A program made the position numbers and the translations under genes. A stretch of 64,000 nucleotides of DNA from Lepidodermella squamata. Lineage: Eukaryota; Animalia; Gastrotricha. How positions within the stretch are numbered: the stretch's first letter is position 1; every line of letters starts with the position of its first letter. Positions 47,843-61,491 of this stretch are shown here, one piece after another. Below the pieces are notes generated by a model. It made no database searches. It had not been told where the DNA came from and saw nothing but the letters and a program-made list of their open reading frames with translations. The stretch is taken from contig JBLDXI010000001.1 of assembly GCA_047495785.1 (NCBI GenBank), positions 2,418,001 through 2,482,000 on the forward strand. Direction: 5' to 3'.

Positions 47843-50800
47843 ATGAGATTTTTAAACTATTTTTTCATAATTTTACTATTTTACTCCGCCCAAGTCGATG
47901 CCGCTGGAAAAGTTGGGTCAGGTGAATCTTGAAAAATTCTACCCCACGATTTTACAAACATTTCCCCATACAGTTTGCTCGTCAGATAGCGATTGCGGGA
48001 CAAATGAAGTTTGCAAAAAGGCAACGAATATTGTCGAGCCGTGCAAGTTGGGAAAATGCTACTGCGCCAAGTGTTTCGATTTGAACGCGGAAGAAGATTG
48101 CGTGCCAGGTAAAATTAACCTATTTAGCCACCTTAATTTTACGCATTTTTCAACAGTTGTCCGAGTTAACATTGGAGATGCGTGTAATCAGCTGAATATG
48201 CACGTTCGGTACCCGGCGAATGCGATTTGCTCACCTAACAACATTGTATCCTGCGCTTGGGGATGGATGGTAAGTCAATTTTAGGCGCCTCCAGAAATTC
48301 ATGAATTTATAAAATTTTAATAGAAATTTCAGAATAAATCGGAAAGTTGAATATTTCACCTTCTGCGTTGCAAATTTTCCAACTTGCAATCTCTTATAGC
48401 TTTTAATTAAAATTTTCCAATTTCATTAATGTTCTGCGTCTTCATTTTACAGCAATTCGGTAATGTTTGTGTTCGGAATGCATCGGCTTCTTACGGCTCC
48501 GAGTGCCGCTGGAGTTCGGACTGTTCGTCGGATATGTGGTGCAATGATAAAATGATCTGCAGTTGCTACTACGCCTACGACAAATACGACCCTGTTCTGG
48601 AGACGTGCATAAAAAAAGACTTTCAGGACACGTGTGAGACGAACAACGAATGCCGCGTTTACGGCCAGAATTGGAACGGATACACGTACAGCACTGGCGA
48701 GTGTCGAGACGGCCGTTGCGAGTGTAGCTCGAATGGGAAACTAGCGGTTACTGGCTACATTGAAGAACGGACGGGCGCGTTTAAAACGAAACCAATCTGC
48801 GTCATATCAGGAGCCCGAGTGAATGCTTCGGTCGGCGAACGCTGCACTGGTAAGAAGGATATTTTGCTTATTTTATTTTGCTATTTTAATGGCTTTGGCC
48901 ACTGTGGGACTGATTTGCCCCCGATAGATGATGATGATGATGATGGTGAGCTCACCCCCCCCCCCCCCCCCTAACCTACTGGGGCATTTGGCTCAGAAGA
49001 GCCACGCCGATCGGACCATCAAGTCGGTCCCTACAGCGTCACTGCAATCGGAGGATCACAGTCGACCTGATGCATAAAATGGATCAGACGGGCATTCATC
49101 CTGTAGGCTTTCGCCATGCCAAATTTACTGTCCTTAACCAAATATATGTGTTTTATTCGACGTCCGTTGCGTGTTGAGTGTGTTGGAAAAAATATCAAGC
49201 CTTAAACGTCTAAGTGGGCAATATCAAGCCTTAAACGTGTAAGTGGGGGATGGTGAGCTCAACAGAGGGTTCTGCTGAGCCAAACTTGTTGACCTCAAAT
49301 TTACAATAGGGCAATTTATTTCCTAATTCTTTACACTTGGCAATAAAATTAGCATATGCGCGCACTTTGAGTAATGAGTGGACGCTAATGACTGCTTTCA
49401 AAAGTAGGTCACGCTCGACGTTAAACGTGAATAAATTATGATTAAATAATAATTTTCCGCAAATTTTTGAAATTTTATCCAGGGCTGAAGGTTTTTATAA
49501 TATAAAGGTTAGATTTTCTGGCAACTTAATTTAGATCGCACCGTAAAATTTCTTTCATGCCCAGATTATTTAATCTTGACTATTTTGATAAATTGTTTTT
49601 TAGTCGACCCGTTGTATTACGGTGACACCCCAACAACAAGCGTTTGCGGCCCCGATTCTATGTGTTACCAGTGCCCAGAGGACAGTAACATCGCCGGTTA
49701 CGGAAGCTTCGACGGAAGATGCCGTGAGTCCCAATTTTCTAAAATTCCTAAAATTTTTAAACATTTTCTTAAAATAAAGGAATTTTGATTCAACCTGAGC
49801 CTCCTGCAAGTGAGTTGATATGAAGTTAATATTTTAGGTGAAAATGACTCCTTTTCCAATGGTAGAATGTCCCTTGGATGATCCAATGTTTTCGACAGCC
49901 GAAACAACTGAGATACCTTATTTCGATAATGATCAGGATGAATTGGCCGAAACTAGCCCGGGCTCAACCGAAGCTCCTACTGAGCCGTCGTCTTCTGTAC
50001 CTGAATTAACATCTTCGAATCCTTCCCCGTCCACCCTGTCCGCATCGACCTTGCAACCCTTGGAAAAGCAATCAATTGAGACTGAAACTAGCGAACCAGT
50101 TGTTGTAGACAGCCCTGTTTTAACATCTCAGGATCTAAGGGTCCAACCTGTCCTTAACTCAGGAATCTCCTCATCAATTGAAGAAAATGTTCTGAGCAAC
50201 ATCGCGAATGGTACCTTCTACTCATCAGCCCCACTAAGACGCTGCTCGTCGACTTCAGACTGTTTACTGAATGAAAATTGTTTGATATCAGCATATTGTG
50301 GCCATGGGGTATGCGCTTGTATGCCTCCTAACGAGGAAGACCAGTATGGGACGTGTCTTCAGAGCGAAGATGAGGCCAGCAACTCAACTTGGCCTATCGA
50401 TGCCGAGACGCGATACGATTATGAAGAAGCGTTACTCTTCACCTTCCTGCAGAAACAAGACGAGGCAACACAGCGGATTACGCATGTTTCAACGAAAACC
50501 GGGAAATTTAACAGGATGATCCTTAACAATTCAATTGCGAGAGCTTGTTTTGTCGATGAGGATTGCGGTGAATTTCCGGGTGCGATTTGCCGAAATCTTA
50601 CAAGTTTAGCCCTAGCTTTCTGCGATTGCCCCACTGGGATGTTTTGGCACAGGAATTCAAGCTGCAAAACAGGTGAGAATTCCTTATTGAAAATTCCTCC
50701 TTAAAATTTATGAAAAATTAAGCTATTTTTCCACTATTATTATTTTTGGATTGAGATTTAATTTCTGATTGCTAGAAAAATTGTTGATCAAATGAGAAAA

Positions 50801-52114
50801 AAAATTATTTCGATTATTTGATATTTTTCGGACGAATTTCTGACGAAATTTAGAATTTAGCGAAAAATTGATATTTATTTACCTGGATTTGACCTAATTT
50901 AGACCATCGCTAAAAAGAGGTCAAAGTTATCAAATTTACCTAAAATCTGTTCTGAATTGGACCGAATTAAATATTTCAATCAATTTAAATTTAATTAATT
51001 TATTTTTAATTTGCAAATAATTATTGAAAATTGTATTTCAGCATCCTACGGCGATCCTTGCGAAGAAGATTCAGATTGTAGAAGAACAAACGCTGGTTAT
51101 CACTGCATAAGAAATCACTGTTCATGCTCTGATGACCACAACCCCTTGAATGTCTCATTAGTTCGCGCCCTATGGGGTTCAAGAGCCACCCGATCAACCT
51201 GGGCAGCTTTGAAAGCTCAATCCTTGCCAACCGTGCATTGCATCCCGAAATCGTCGCCAGTTTTCATGGTTAAACAAAACGATACATGTACAGCTAACAT
51301 CGCGAAACACGCCTCAGATGGTTCGAAATCGCTCTCGATTTGCTCAACTGGTCTTACCTGTCTATTTTGTGCTGGAGATACCGATTATGGAACTTGTACA
51401 GAGATTCATGAGCCTAAATTGGAGATCCTACGACTGCCAGCTAGTTTCGAACCGAAAACAAGTGAGTTTCAATTTTATTATTTATTTCTAGACCTGCTTT
51501 GCTTTTATTCATTTCTTTTCGCTTTTCATCTCTTTCTAAAACTTCAGGTTCCTGGATGTTTTTTAGCCTATTAGTCGCTTTTCCTATTCTCACCGGAGTT
51601 TTCAGCCTTATTATGAATTTAATTTAGTTCCCTGTATGACTTTTCCCTTCTTTTTTCATTGCAAAAAGGTTCAACCCCTGCTGTCGTGTCGACTGTACCC
51701 CATAATTTCGTAGTAGAAACTACATCACAAAATTTGGTGACAGGCTCGTTGTCATCATCAACAACAACAACAATCGAAACAACAAGTAAAGGACCAATCA
51801 TTCAGACCACTGAATCGATCGAAGAACTTTTAACAACGACGCCTGCTTTCAGCGGGTCTATAGTCACTCTGGCTAGCGATTTCAACGCTTCAAATTCTTC
51901 ATCATCTACTATTACTACGGTTCCTTCGACCGTTGCTACGTATGCCGCTGCTCATAATGTTCGAAAGGTCGGAAATTCGCAAAGTTTCGATGATAGCAAG
52001 GGGAAAAATAGAATGGAATCGAACACTGCTCAGCCTATTTCCCTATCAATCATTTGCCAGGTGTCTTTTCTACTGTTATTACCAGCACTACTACCTCTTT
52101 TGAATCAGTTGTGA
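47843..52114 (+). CDS. Cell-surface EB/EGF-like Cys-rich, mucin-like protein with a hydrophobic C-terminus (GPI signal or TM)
   Basis: Signal peptide MRFLNYFFIILLFYSAQVDA. Repeated C-x3-(S/D)-D-C..C..C.C modules and Ser/Thr-rich tracts. The reading frame is continuous if a 30-nt exon at 49780-49809 is included. Confidence 0.75.
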
Positions 52115-53097
52115 ACAAATTTCTTTTGTTATTATATCTCGAAAAATTGCCATTCTATATATTTACCATTCAAAGTCATAATTTTTTGTTCCGTGTTGTG
52201 ATGTAAACAAAATTTTGATCTCGCGAAAATAATTCAGTAAAAAAGAATCCTGATGTTGCTTCAATACGTGTCTTGATTTGTTTTCGGGGTCTGGCAGTCC
52301 CAGACCGGCTCAAAAATTTCGATTTGGGACCCCCTCATATCTCTCAAACCATCATTAAAGTGATCATTAAAGTTCAGGTTAATAAATCCCGAGCAATTTT
52401 GAAACGAATATACATAATATATTAGTAATATATAGGTATGCGGCTAAATTTTCAAATGAATTTTTCTCGATTTCTTCGGAAAACAGATGAATGGCTTGCT
52501 AATTTTTTGACCCAAATTTGACCCAGAGCTGAAAAGAACTGAAAATTCGGAATGAATGCCATTCCGTATGCAAATGAGCGTATGCAAATTGCCCGCTAAT
52601 TGTCCAACGTTGGCATAACTGTTTTTGATCGCCAAAAATCAAGGAAATATTGTAAAATTACCAAATTTTACCGATAAATCGGGGCTCACCTTGCACACTT
52701 GCACACTTGTACCAAAAAGCATCAATTTCTGAATTCTGACTGATTTCAATCACCGAAAAAACATTATTTTGTCTAAAATTACGGTAAATTTTCGGCTCTC
52801 AAAATTTCAGGATTTTGAATGAAAAGTCCTATACCTATGGCCAGAGAAGTACAGAAATTTGCTAAAAAGAATATATTTTCCTCTGGAACCTCTAGCCGAA
52901 ATACGCTGGAAAAACGGTATACGCTGAAATCCACTGAAATCATTTGCCAGCTTATTCTAGCTTACTTCGTGCCAGTCTGGGGATTAATCCTATACCGCCT
53001 ACCGCCATTCATGTCGTGCTCGGAATATTTTTGCAAGCCGCCTCTAATTCCTAATACAGCGCAGTGTTGAAATTTTATTCCACCTTAATACCCGAGC

Positions 53098-55689
53098 ATG
53101 GATAAGCCATTATTCGCCATTGTTCTACTGGCAATATTTTTATATGGAGCTAAGGCTGAGCTATCAACTGCTGATACGGAGGTTGTTATATTGCTCAACT
53201 CGACAGATAGCACCAACTACACTGTCAGTTCGGTCGAAGTCCTACCCCAGGGCACAAGGATAGTCCTGAAACGTCATGGCGTCAAGGCGAAATCTGAAAG
53301 TTCGGCAGCGAAAACTACGACAATTCCCCTGAATAAATTGATTCAAAACGATCCGCTCTTCTCTCCGGCCCAGACGACCAACAAATCGGATCCTGCAAGC
53401 TCGACTACAACGGCAAAAACAGAAAGTCTGAATTGGCGCTCTGGATCCCTCGAGAAATTTATCAAAAAGGACCCACCAGAATCGTCAACAACAACAATTG
53501 CCGTAAAAACAGAGAACTCAAGCGGTAAAGAAAGTCTCAAGAAGCTGATCGAAAACGATCCACTATTCGCGCCTAATACAAATGCTACAACCGAAAAATC
53601 TCGAACAACTGTGGAGATTGTTAGTTCAACAACTCGGCCAGCGCCTTCTACCACGAAATTCGACGGGGTTGAAGTTGAATTGGACGAATCTGATTGGGAT
53701 AGCTCGGATGATAAGACGACGAAAATGTCTTCAGGTAGCTCTAAGAAATTGAAGACTCGAAAGGTAACTGCTGTGAAGAAAACAACGACTTCTACGCCAG
53801 ACAACGCGAAAACAGCTTCTACGGCCGTTGCATCTACTGCTGTGTCGAAAACTACGACTGAATTGCCTGGTTATATCAGGCCCGTGACGAAATTGGGCGC
53901 GGAGAAAGGTCCTGGAACCGTCATTTCCCGCGCTGAGGAAACAGCTCGTCGGACCGAGTATTTGGATCGATTAGAGTCCGATTCGAAGACTACAACGAAG
54001 GCTGAGAAGAAGCAGCAAGTTGTGACTGAAAATCCTAGAGATAAGACCAGCCTTGTGACTAATATAACGACGGAGTTTACAACGCCTACGACTACGACGA
54101 CTACGACTACGATTGCTCCTTATGTCAAGTTCGTGAAGCTTTGCACCGAAGCCTCGCCGGAGAAATGCGAGTGCAGCTCCAATGCTGATTGTAAGGGCGA
54201 GAATCAAGAGTGTAGGCCTTGGATTACTGGCAAGCAATGTTTCTGTAAGCAAGGCTTCAGAGCTGGTGGCAATATGACGTGCAAACCGAGTATGAATCCT
54301 TGAAAGATGAATTTCCTATAATTTATGATTTTTTTCCTATTTTAAGGAGTTTGGTTGAAGCTGAACGATGCTTGTGATCCGGAGGCGCTATACCAGCAAC
54401 TTCCGCCGCATACTGTCTGCAAAAAGTCGATTGTTGTTTGCAACTCATATCACATGGTGAGATCCTTACTAATTACAATTTCTCTTGAAACTGAAATTCT
54501 CAGGTTTTCAATAATTTTTACATTTTTTTAAATCTTAGATTTGAGATGCAGCTTCCTTATTGATCGTAATCAGCTTGGTGATTCTTTCTTTCAAATATTC
54601 GGAACATTAGGAAATGCTTTTCGTACTCGAATGGGCATATACTTTTTTGTGCACAAAATTGAAAATCCTCCTCAACCTATTTTTTCCATGGGACTCACTA
54701 TTAGCTAGGTATTAGCGAAACCAAAATTGCCTGTTGCGGAATCCGAATTCTCACTTTTAGCAAAGGTCAGGAACCTTTCATGAGTTTGCCATTAGGTTCC
54801 GCCAGAGTTAATTTTGTTTCGCTAGGGTTCATTTAGGTTGCGAAACTGACAAATTTTGTTCCGATCAAAGTTTTCTGTTTTTTGTCAATTTCAAATTGAA
54901 TTTCCAAATTTAAATTTAAATAATTTTATTCGATCAAAATTCTAATTCGAAAATGGCGAAAAATAATATGTGAATGTTTTTAACTTCAAATTAAAAATAG
55001 TTGAATTAAAATTCTCAAAATTAAAACACTGGCTTAAATTCCAGTTAATTCCACAGCTTCGATTAAATATTGATTGCTGTATTTCTGCCATTTTATAGCA
55101 AACTCCAGCTGGCTGTGTTCCCCATGAACGAGGTGCTTTCGGCACTTTCTGTGACGGCCGAAGGAACAGATGCCTCAAGGGTCAATTCGGCAGTTTGTGG
55201 TGCGATACAACCCGCCAAGTATGCCGCTGCCCAGAATCGTTAGCCTCCCATTGGAATCCTAACATCGACCGCTGTGAAAAGCGCGAATTCAACTCAACCT
55301 GCGAGATGAACGCTGATTGCCACGTTTTCGGCGACATCCTCACCGGCGGTTATACCTACCGCGGCGGGGCTTGTTTCAAAGACTCGCTGAATTCAACGAG
55401 AGGCCGTTGTGGCTGTTCGGACGGCTTCAAACCGGCTCGCTTCACTTTCTTCAACGCTCATTCTAACCAAGTTCATGTGAAATCGATTTGCGTGACCCAG
55501 GCTGCTAAAATCGACCTGGCAGCCGGTGAGGCGTGTTCGATGGATCCGATTCGATTCGGGGCTAGTTCAAACACTGCGATTTGTAGAGAAAACCTAGCTT
55601 GTGTTCGCTGGGAGAGAGACACGCAGGCGAAAAAACTACTGGCTGATTTGCCGAAACATCGAGGCATTTGTACGCCTGTGCAAGAATAA
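53098..55689 (+). CDS. Secreted Thr/Lys-rich, EB-module protein, paralogue of 47843-52114
   Basis: Signal peptide, mucin-like N-terminal half and Cys modules. Intron positions match the upstream paralogue (..HM|Q vs ..WM|Q), and both carry the GYTY.xG.C motif. Confidence 0.8.
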
Positions 55690-55720
55690 ACGAAGAATAA
55701 ACCAAAATTGATTTCAAACT

Positions 55721-55765
55721 GACCGTTAACAAGTGAAAATTGGGGTTTGGCGAAATTTGGCGAGA
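55721..55765. mobile_element. MITE family 1, isolated left TIR
   Basis: GACCGTTAACAAGTGAAAATTGGGGTTTGGCGAAATTT matches the family 1 end. A matching right-end sequence lies at about 60465-60501. Confidence 0.6.
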
Positions 55766-55949
55766 TTTTGATACAAATTAACGAAGAGTCGAACGATATT
55801 AAAGCGCGGTTGATCGTCATCAGGTTTACAGGTTGAAAGTTTGCGGGTGAAAATTGCAAAATTCGAAAATTGATTTTGTATTGCACTAATTAATAATCCC
55901 CCCTTCCTCCGCCGCGGTTGGCTCATCCGGAAAATTATTAAAAATTCTA

Positions 55950-56239
55950 AGAAAAATAGTTTGTCCATGTTGAGAATTTTCTCTATCCAACGATATAAAA
56001 TTTGTCCGGTAACTATTTTGTTTTGATTTTCCGATATTTTATGATCGTTGTTAACTGTGTCAACAAAGTCAACTTGGACTTTGAATTCTCTCGCTGCGTA
56101 GCTTCATTCAGAGAGATATCATCAGCAAAAAATAATGTTTCGACCCCAAAAATATCGGAAAATCAAAATAAAATAGTTACCGGACAAATTTTATATCGTT
56201 GGATAGAGAAAATTCTCAACATGGACAAACTATTTTTCT
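55950..56239. mobile_element. Young MITE with ~90-bp near-perfect TIRs
   Basis: 55950-56040 is the near-exact reverse complement of 56149-56239. Confidence 0.85.
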
Positions 56240-56598
56240 GTTGCGATATCAGGTGTGATGATAGCCCATCTGCACATTAGATGTCATTTAATGATAGCCA
56301 AACAGTCCTAAAGAGGTAGGCGAGACGAGACGGGCTTATTGCTTTTAGCTTTCAATTCGAAACTTCATCCGTTGGAGACAATCCTTCATTGCCCGAGTCC
56401 CCTAAGCTGAACTTTATCGGAACATCGGAACCCAAGGACTTATCTCAAAAAGTCTGCAGCTTAACGGACTGGCGCCACACATGTTTCTCAGGTTATTCAA
56501 CGCCATCGAGCTGGCTAATTTTCTTGGAATGGAAATTCTTACCTACAATACATGCTAAGACTTGGCGTTAGCTTTCTAATATCATTTTGCATCCCATA

Positions 56599-59427
56599 AT
56601 GAATTATTGGAGCCTTTTACCCTTGGTACTTTATCTTAGTAGCTTCGATGTTGTGGCTAAACTAGCTCTAAATTCATCCATGCCTGACTTTGAGGCATCA
56701 TTCGACTATCAAAATCTCACAACGAACCGAACGAAAATTCATGTCATGATGTCGCTTTCTTTCACTGGAATTCTACCTATGGGACCTCCGTGCACCGAGG
56801 CGGAAGGTGTCGCGCTTGACCAACTTAGGTCAGATTCAAAATGGCTCCCGAAATATGAGCTCATCCTTGACCTTATTGATGACGAATGCCTCGATGCTAC
56901 AGCCATAAACAGTTTCACGCGGAGAATGAGGTCCAGCGAAGACGAGGAATTTCTTCTCCCGATTATTGTTGCGCCGGAATGCGAAGAGCAAGTCGCGCAG
57001 TTGATGTCCGCATCGCTAGTCAAACACTTCAATTTCTTCGGCGTGAGTTAAACAATCATCCTAATTCGTGCATTATGATTTCGCTTCGCAGATGACTCTA
57101 GCTCAAGGCACGAACAGAATGTATCTTGAAAGGCAAAGATTCCCTAATTACCTGAACTTCGGCCAGCGAGGGGATATTCAATACATAGCTCTTGCTAAAT
57201 TTATCTCAAAAATGGGCTGGAAGAGAGTTGCGATCGTATCAGATCTTCTTCACTACGCAAATATGGTGAGCAATATCCATATTAATAAAATAAATTCTAA
57301 ACGCTTTTTCAGATGGATCCAGGTCTTGTGATGGCCTTGGAAGATGAGTACATCTCGATAGCCTACTTTGGGAAAATTGAAATACCATACGATGATATAC
57401 CAGAGGTGAGAAACGAGTTCACCGCGCTACAGCAATCGGATGCCAGAATTATCATATCCCAATCGGGAGGCCCCACGGCCGTAGCATGTTGGCTGTACAT
57501 GATGGGTATGTATGGCCCTCAATATGTCGTTTTCAGCCTATCCTGGTTCCCATGGCTTTACCCTGGGGTCACCATTGTGCCGGAAGGGAAAGACTGGTGC
57601 ACCGAGGACGTTGTACTCCAAGTTTCGCCAAGTTTCATTTACTACGGCGATACAGGTCTTGGTCAAATTCTTGGGTCTGAAACTACTGATTCAACAGGAT
57701 TGTCTGAAGTGGCGATGCGGGAGAAGTTGAAAGAAAGGATCGATAGACCTGAAAAGCATCCCAACTGGGAGTATTGGCCTGTTATATGCTACGACAGAGC
57801 GCTTACTTTGGGATACCTTCTACATGAGACAGAGCAGGTCCTCAACGAGAGGAACGAGACTTTGATCGACTGGGTAACATCAGGCCAGAATTTCAGGACT
57901 AGAGGTGACGAGATAGTAGAATTAATCAAAGAAGCTTCGTATAGGCTCAATATCACTGGTTTGAAGGGTGAGTATGGTATTAGCCACGAGACTAACCTCA
58001 CTAAAGGATACGTTCCGATTACCTTCACTCGAACCTTCGCTAACAATTCTGGATTCGCAACCGCAGCTTATCTAAAGCAAAACGAGAAGAACCCTATTAA
58101 AATTCTTGACGTGGATTGGGGGACTCAAGATGGCCAACCACCACCAGATAAGATCAGAAGGATTGACTTGAAAGTTCCGATGATCTCGACATCGACCAGT
58201 TGTATTCTTCTTTGGCTATCCGGGGCGCTGTTTTCATTCATACTCACTGTTTTGCTCATAGTTTACTTGAAACATCGAGGCCAAGTATACAGATTCAGGA
58301 AGCTCCTATTCAACAGCGGGGATTACGCAATTTTGCTGGGTGATTTGTTACTTCTCGGCTTTGTGTTCCTTTTGCCAGTTGGGCTGACCAATGAAACGAT
58401 AGCAATCAACTGCAATTTTGACACTTTCCTGATAGTGGTTGGCATTTCTCTCGTTTTCTCAGGAATTTCGACGAAGCTTAGTGTCAGCAGCAAACAAGCG
58501 CTCGATTCAACGAGTGTGCGAAGTGCGCCTTTTCTCCTTAATCCGTCTTCAGTGTATCATTATAGAAGGTTGCCACTGATAAGAAGAATCTACGACAAAA
58601 TTCGTACGAACTCGGTGGCATCGTTTCCATGTCTCTGGGCTCTTCAGCAGGCCTTTCTGATGGCTGTTGCCATAGGAAACGAGCCACTAGAGTCAACAAT
58701 TATCTTCGGGCCTAAATTGGATGGCAGCGACTCGAGTACCATCTATTGGCCTTACTACAACGCATGCAAATTTTCCGAGACGTTTTTCAGCGATTCTTTG
58801 AGTCCGGTGTTTCTAGCGCTTGCTTGCCTTCTACAACTTTGTCTTCTCATACGTATTTGCATCCAGGTGTATAAAGTTCAGACGACCAAGGTAATTAATT
58901 TTAATTGTATGTGGTCCTTGAAATATCTCGGTTTTGTCTTTCCAGCGATTGATTCGATCGATTCGAGGCAAGGACGTGCGTAATTTGTCAAAATTTGTCT
59001 ACTGCAAAATTACTCTCATTGCGGCTGGGATTGCACTGGCTTTCATGAAACCGCAAAATCGATCCGAGTACATGCCCGTTTTACTAGCTTCTTTCGCTCT
59101 GACGTTTACGACGGCTAATTTGATTCCTGTGGTACTAATGAAGGTGCGAAACAATTATTTTGTCTCATTTAAATGTTCACCTTTTGCTTGTAGATGCTGA
59201 ACAGCAATCGCAGATTGGTTACAATTGTAGGCTAGGTCAGACCATTGATGTTAAAGTTTGATGAGAAAGTTTTTTTATCATGTCCGATGATTCATTTCCA
59301 GGTTTTAACAGAGTCCCCGAAGTTTTCAGAAATAAAGACTCGAACATGTGCATACCAGCATATATATGACCATGTTATTCCAGCCGTTCAGGATACAAAA
59401 TTGAAAGCCCATTCCCATATACAGTAG
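56599..59427 (+). CDS. Class C GPCR, GABA-B receptor-like (Venus-flytrap domain plus TM domain)
   Basis: Signal peptide. Motifs YELILDLIDDEC, RFPNY, MGWKRVAIV, DARIII, GMYGPQYV and PPPD, then multiple TM helices with no Cys-rich linker. The last exon is uncertain. Confidence 0.8.
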
Positions 59428-59930
59428 AAGCTGTATAATCCGAACCCCAGCAATGCGGACAGCGGGCTAGTCCGGACAATTTTATGGCGACGGACAGAGT
59501 TTACGTTATAATATGCGGACATCGCGCTCTTCAAGGCGGACAGCCCCTTAATGCGGACGCGAACTAATACGGCCAGTTTTCTAGCTACAGTAGCACTGCC
59601 CATATGGGTATTTTAGGCTCTTTAATGCGGACACTGCGGACATCCCCTAACTCCATGTCTCTGAGTGGGTTCTAGATATTGTCACATTTATTCACTTACT
59701 TAGCCTCAAGTTGCAAAACCATGCGTAAAAACCACTCCAATCTAATTAAAGAGCGCGCTAATTAGAAAAGCAAACAGTACCTGCGCGTTGCGCGTAAAAA
59801 TGAGCTTAATCCTATTCGCTGAAGCCGTTTCAATGAGCGCCTCGGAATATGGGCGATCGCCCAATGCGGACAGCGCGCTAATGCGGACTTATCCGCGACC
59901 GATGGTGTCCGGATTATACAGCTTCTACTG
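59422..59930. mobile_element. Tc1/mariner-pogo type MITE
   Basis: TA|CAGTAGAAGCTGTATAATCCG..CGGATTATACAGCTTCTACTG|TA, a perfect 21-bp TIR with TA duplication. Several internal ATGCGGAC repeats. Confidence 0.9.
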
Positions 59931-61491
59931 TAAGTATATAGTATGGTATGTATGGATATGTATGGATTCCCTGTTCCCATGTCATATAGAATTCGCTCTA
60001 GAGCCAATCACGGATAGTAGCATAACAAAATCTAACTTGAACACAGAGTTAACAATTCAATCATAATGGATAAAAAATGAGCTACTATTTGAGATTGAAC
60101 TATATTCAAGATGCTCTTATATACTAGAAAGCACAGCCGACAGTCGAGTAATGTTTTGGCCGCCGCCGTTCAAATCAAGTTATGCATTTCTTTAATCAAA
60201 ATCTTTGAAACGGTTCCGCCTTCTTCTTATCACTTGTCACATGCCCTGAACAAACCTGACAAAACTCGAGGCGGACCTGACTCCCGCAAAGGTCGAGCAC
60301 CACCAATGTGGCGATTGTTAGATCAGAAGGCGTGACCCGAACAATAAATTTTTAAGTCTATGAGGTCTATGTAATCGCACCGAGGGCGCCGTAGCAGGCG
60401 ATGGTTGTAAAATAAAATCAGAAATATGCCAACACACTTTTTGCGATTTGCTGGGAAATGCAGAAAATCCGCCAAACACCACTTTTCACGTGTTAACAGT
60501 CACTTTATTTTCAGAATTTTTTTTTTAATTCTTTGATTTTATCGTGTTCGATTTTAAGCCGAATAAACAAGGCCATATAGTTTGCCGGCGTCAATCGAGG
60601 TGTTTGGCTACCACCCAGAGCGGCCATCGAGACGTGAACAAACAACCAGGTGCCGCTGCAACGTGTTTTATATACATCGCGCATTTAATAATTATTATTG
60701 CCGAATGCGCAAAAATAATAGCCGATGGTGAGCGTCACCTATTGTAATAATAATAATAATCGCCACGAAATGACAGGCGCGATCAAACAAGAGGAAATTG
60801 TCGTATAAAAATTATCACAATAAAACAGCAACAATGTATTGTATATTTTGCCAATTATAATACCCATCAAAATATATTGAATAATGATCGCAATGCGTAC
60901 TTATTGCGACGACCGCAAAAAGATCTTTTTTATTATTATTTCAGGAGGCTATAATAATGCCTATGCATGTATAAAGGTGCTTCAACGTACGCGTTTTGAC
61001 CAGCACTCACTTCCGCTAAGGCGCGTCTCAATACGCGTGTGCTCAGGTATGACAGCAGACGCAAATTATTATAGGCCATCGTCAATAATATTGAACTGCA
61101 ATATATAAGCGCGCTGTTATTATAATTAAACATCGCGTATTTATAGATTTTTTTGCGTAATTTTTGCGTGATGTTGATTTGCGTTTTTTGTACTACTATT
61201 ACTATTCACATCGTGTGTTTTCAAGTCGACGTAAAAAAACGTGAAAGCAGCGCGCCTCATTTTATGCTACAGTACACCTTTTCGCTCAATCAAATGTGTG
61301 TGTATGCGCGATTTTTTCCGTCGCATGCTTGTATATTTACACCTCAATTTTCGGTGCAAATCGTTTTTCGCCCAGGCCCCCAGGAAATCGATAATAAACC
61401 TGCCCGTGGGGCAGCTTTTTATTAAATTATTGCTATATAATTCATTGCGTTTCAATTTTAGACTGGATTTATTTCTCACCTTTAACTCTGA

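Noticed and set aside
55721-60501. Composite transposon carrying the class C GPCR between two family 1 ends
   Set aside because: The flanking 4-mers do not match as a TSD, so two independent truncated copies are the simpler explanation.
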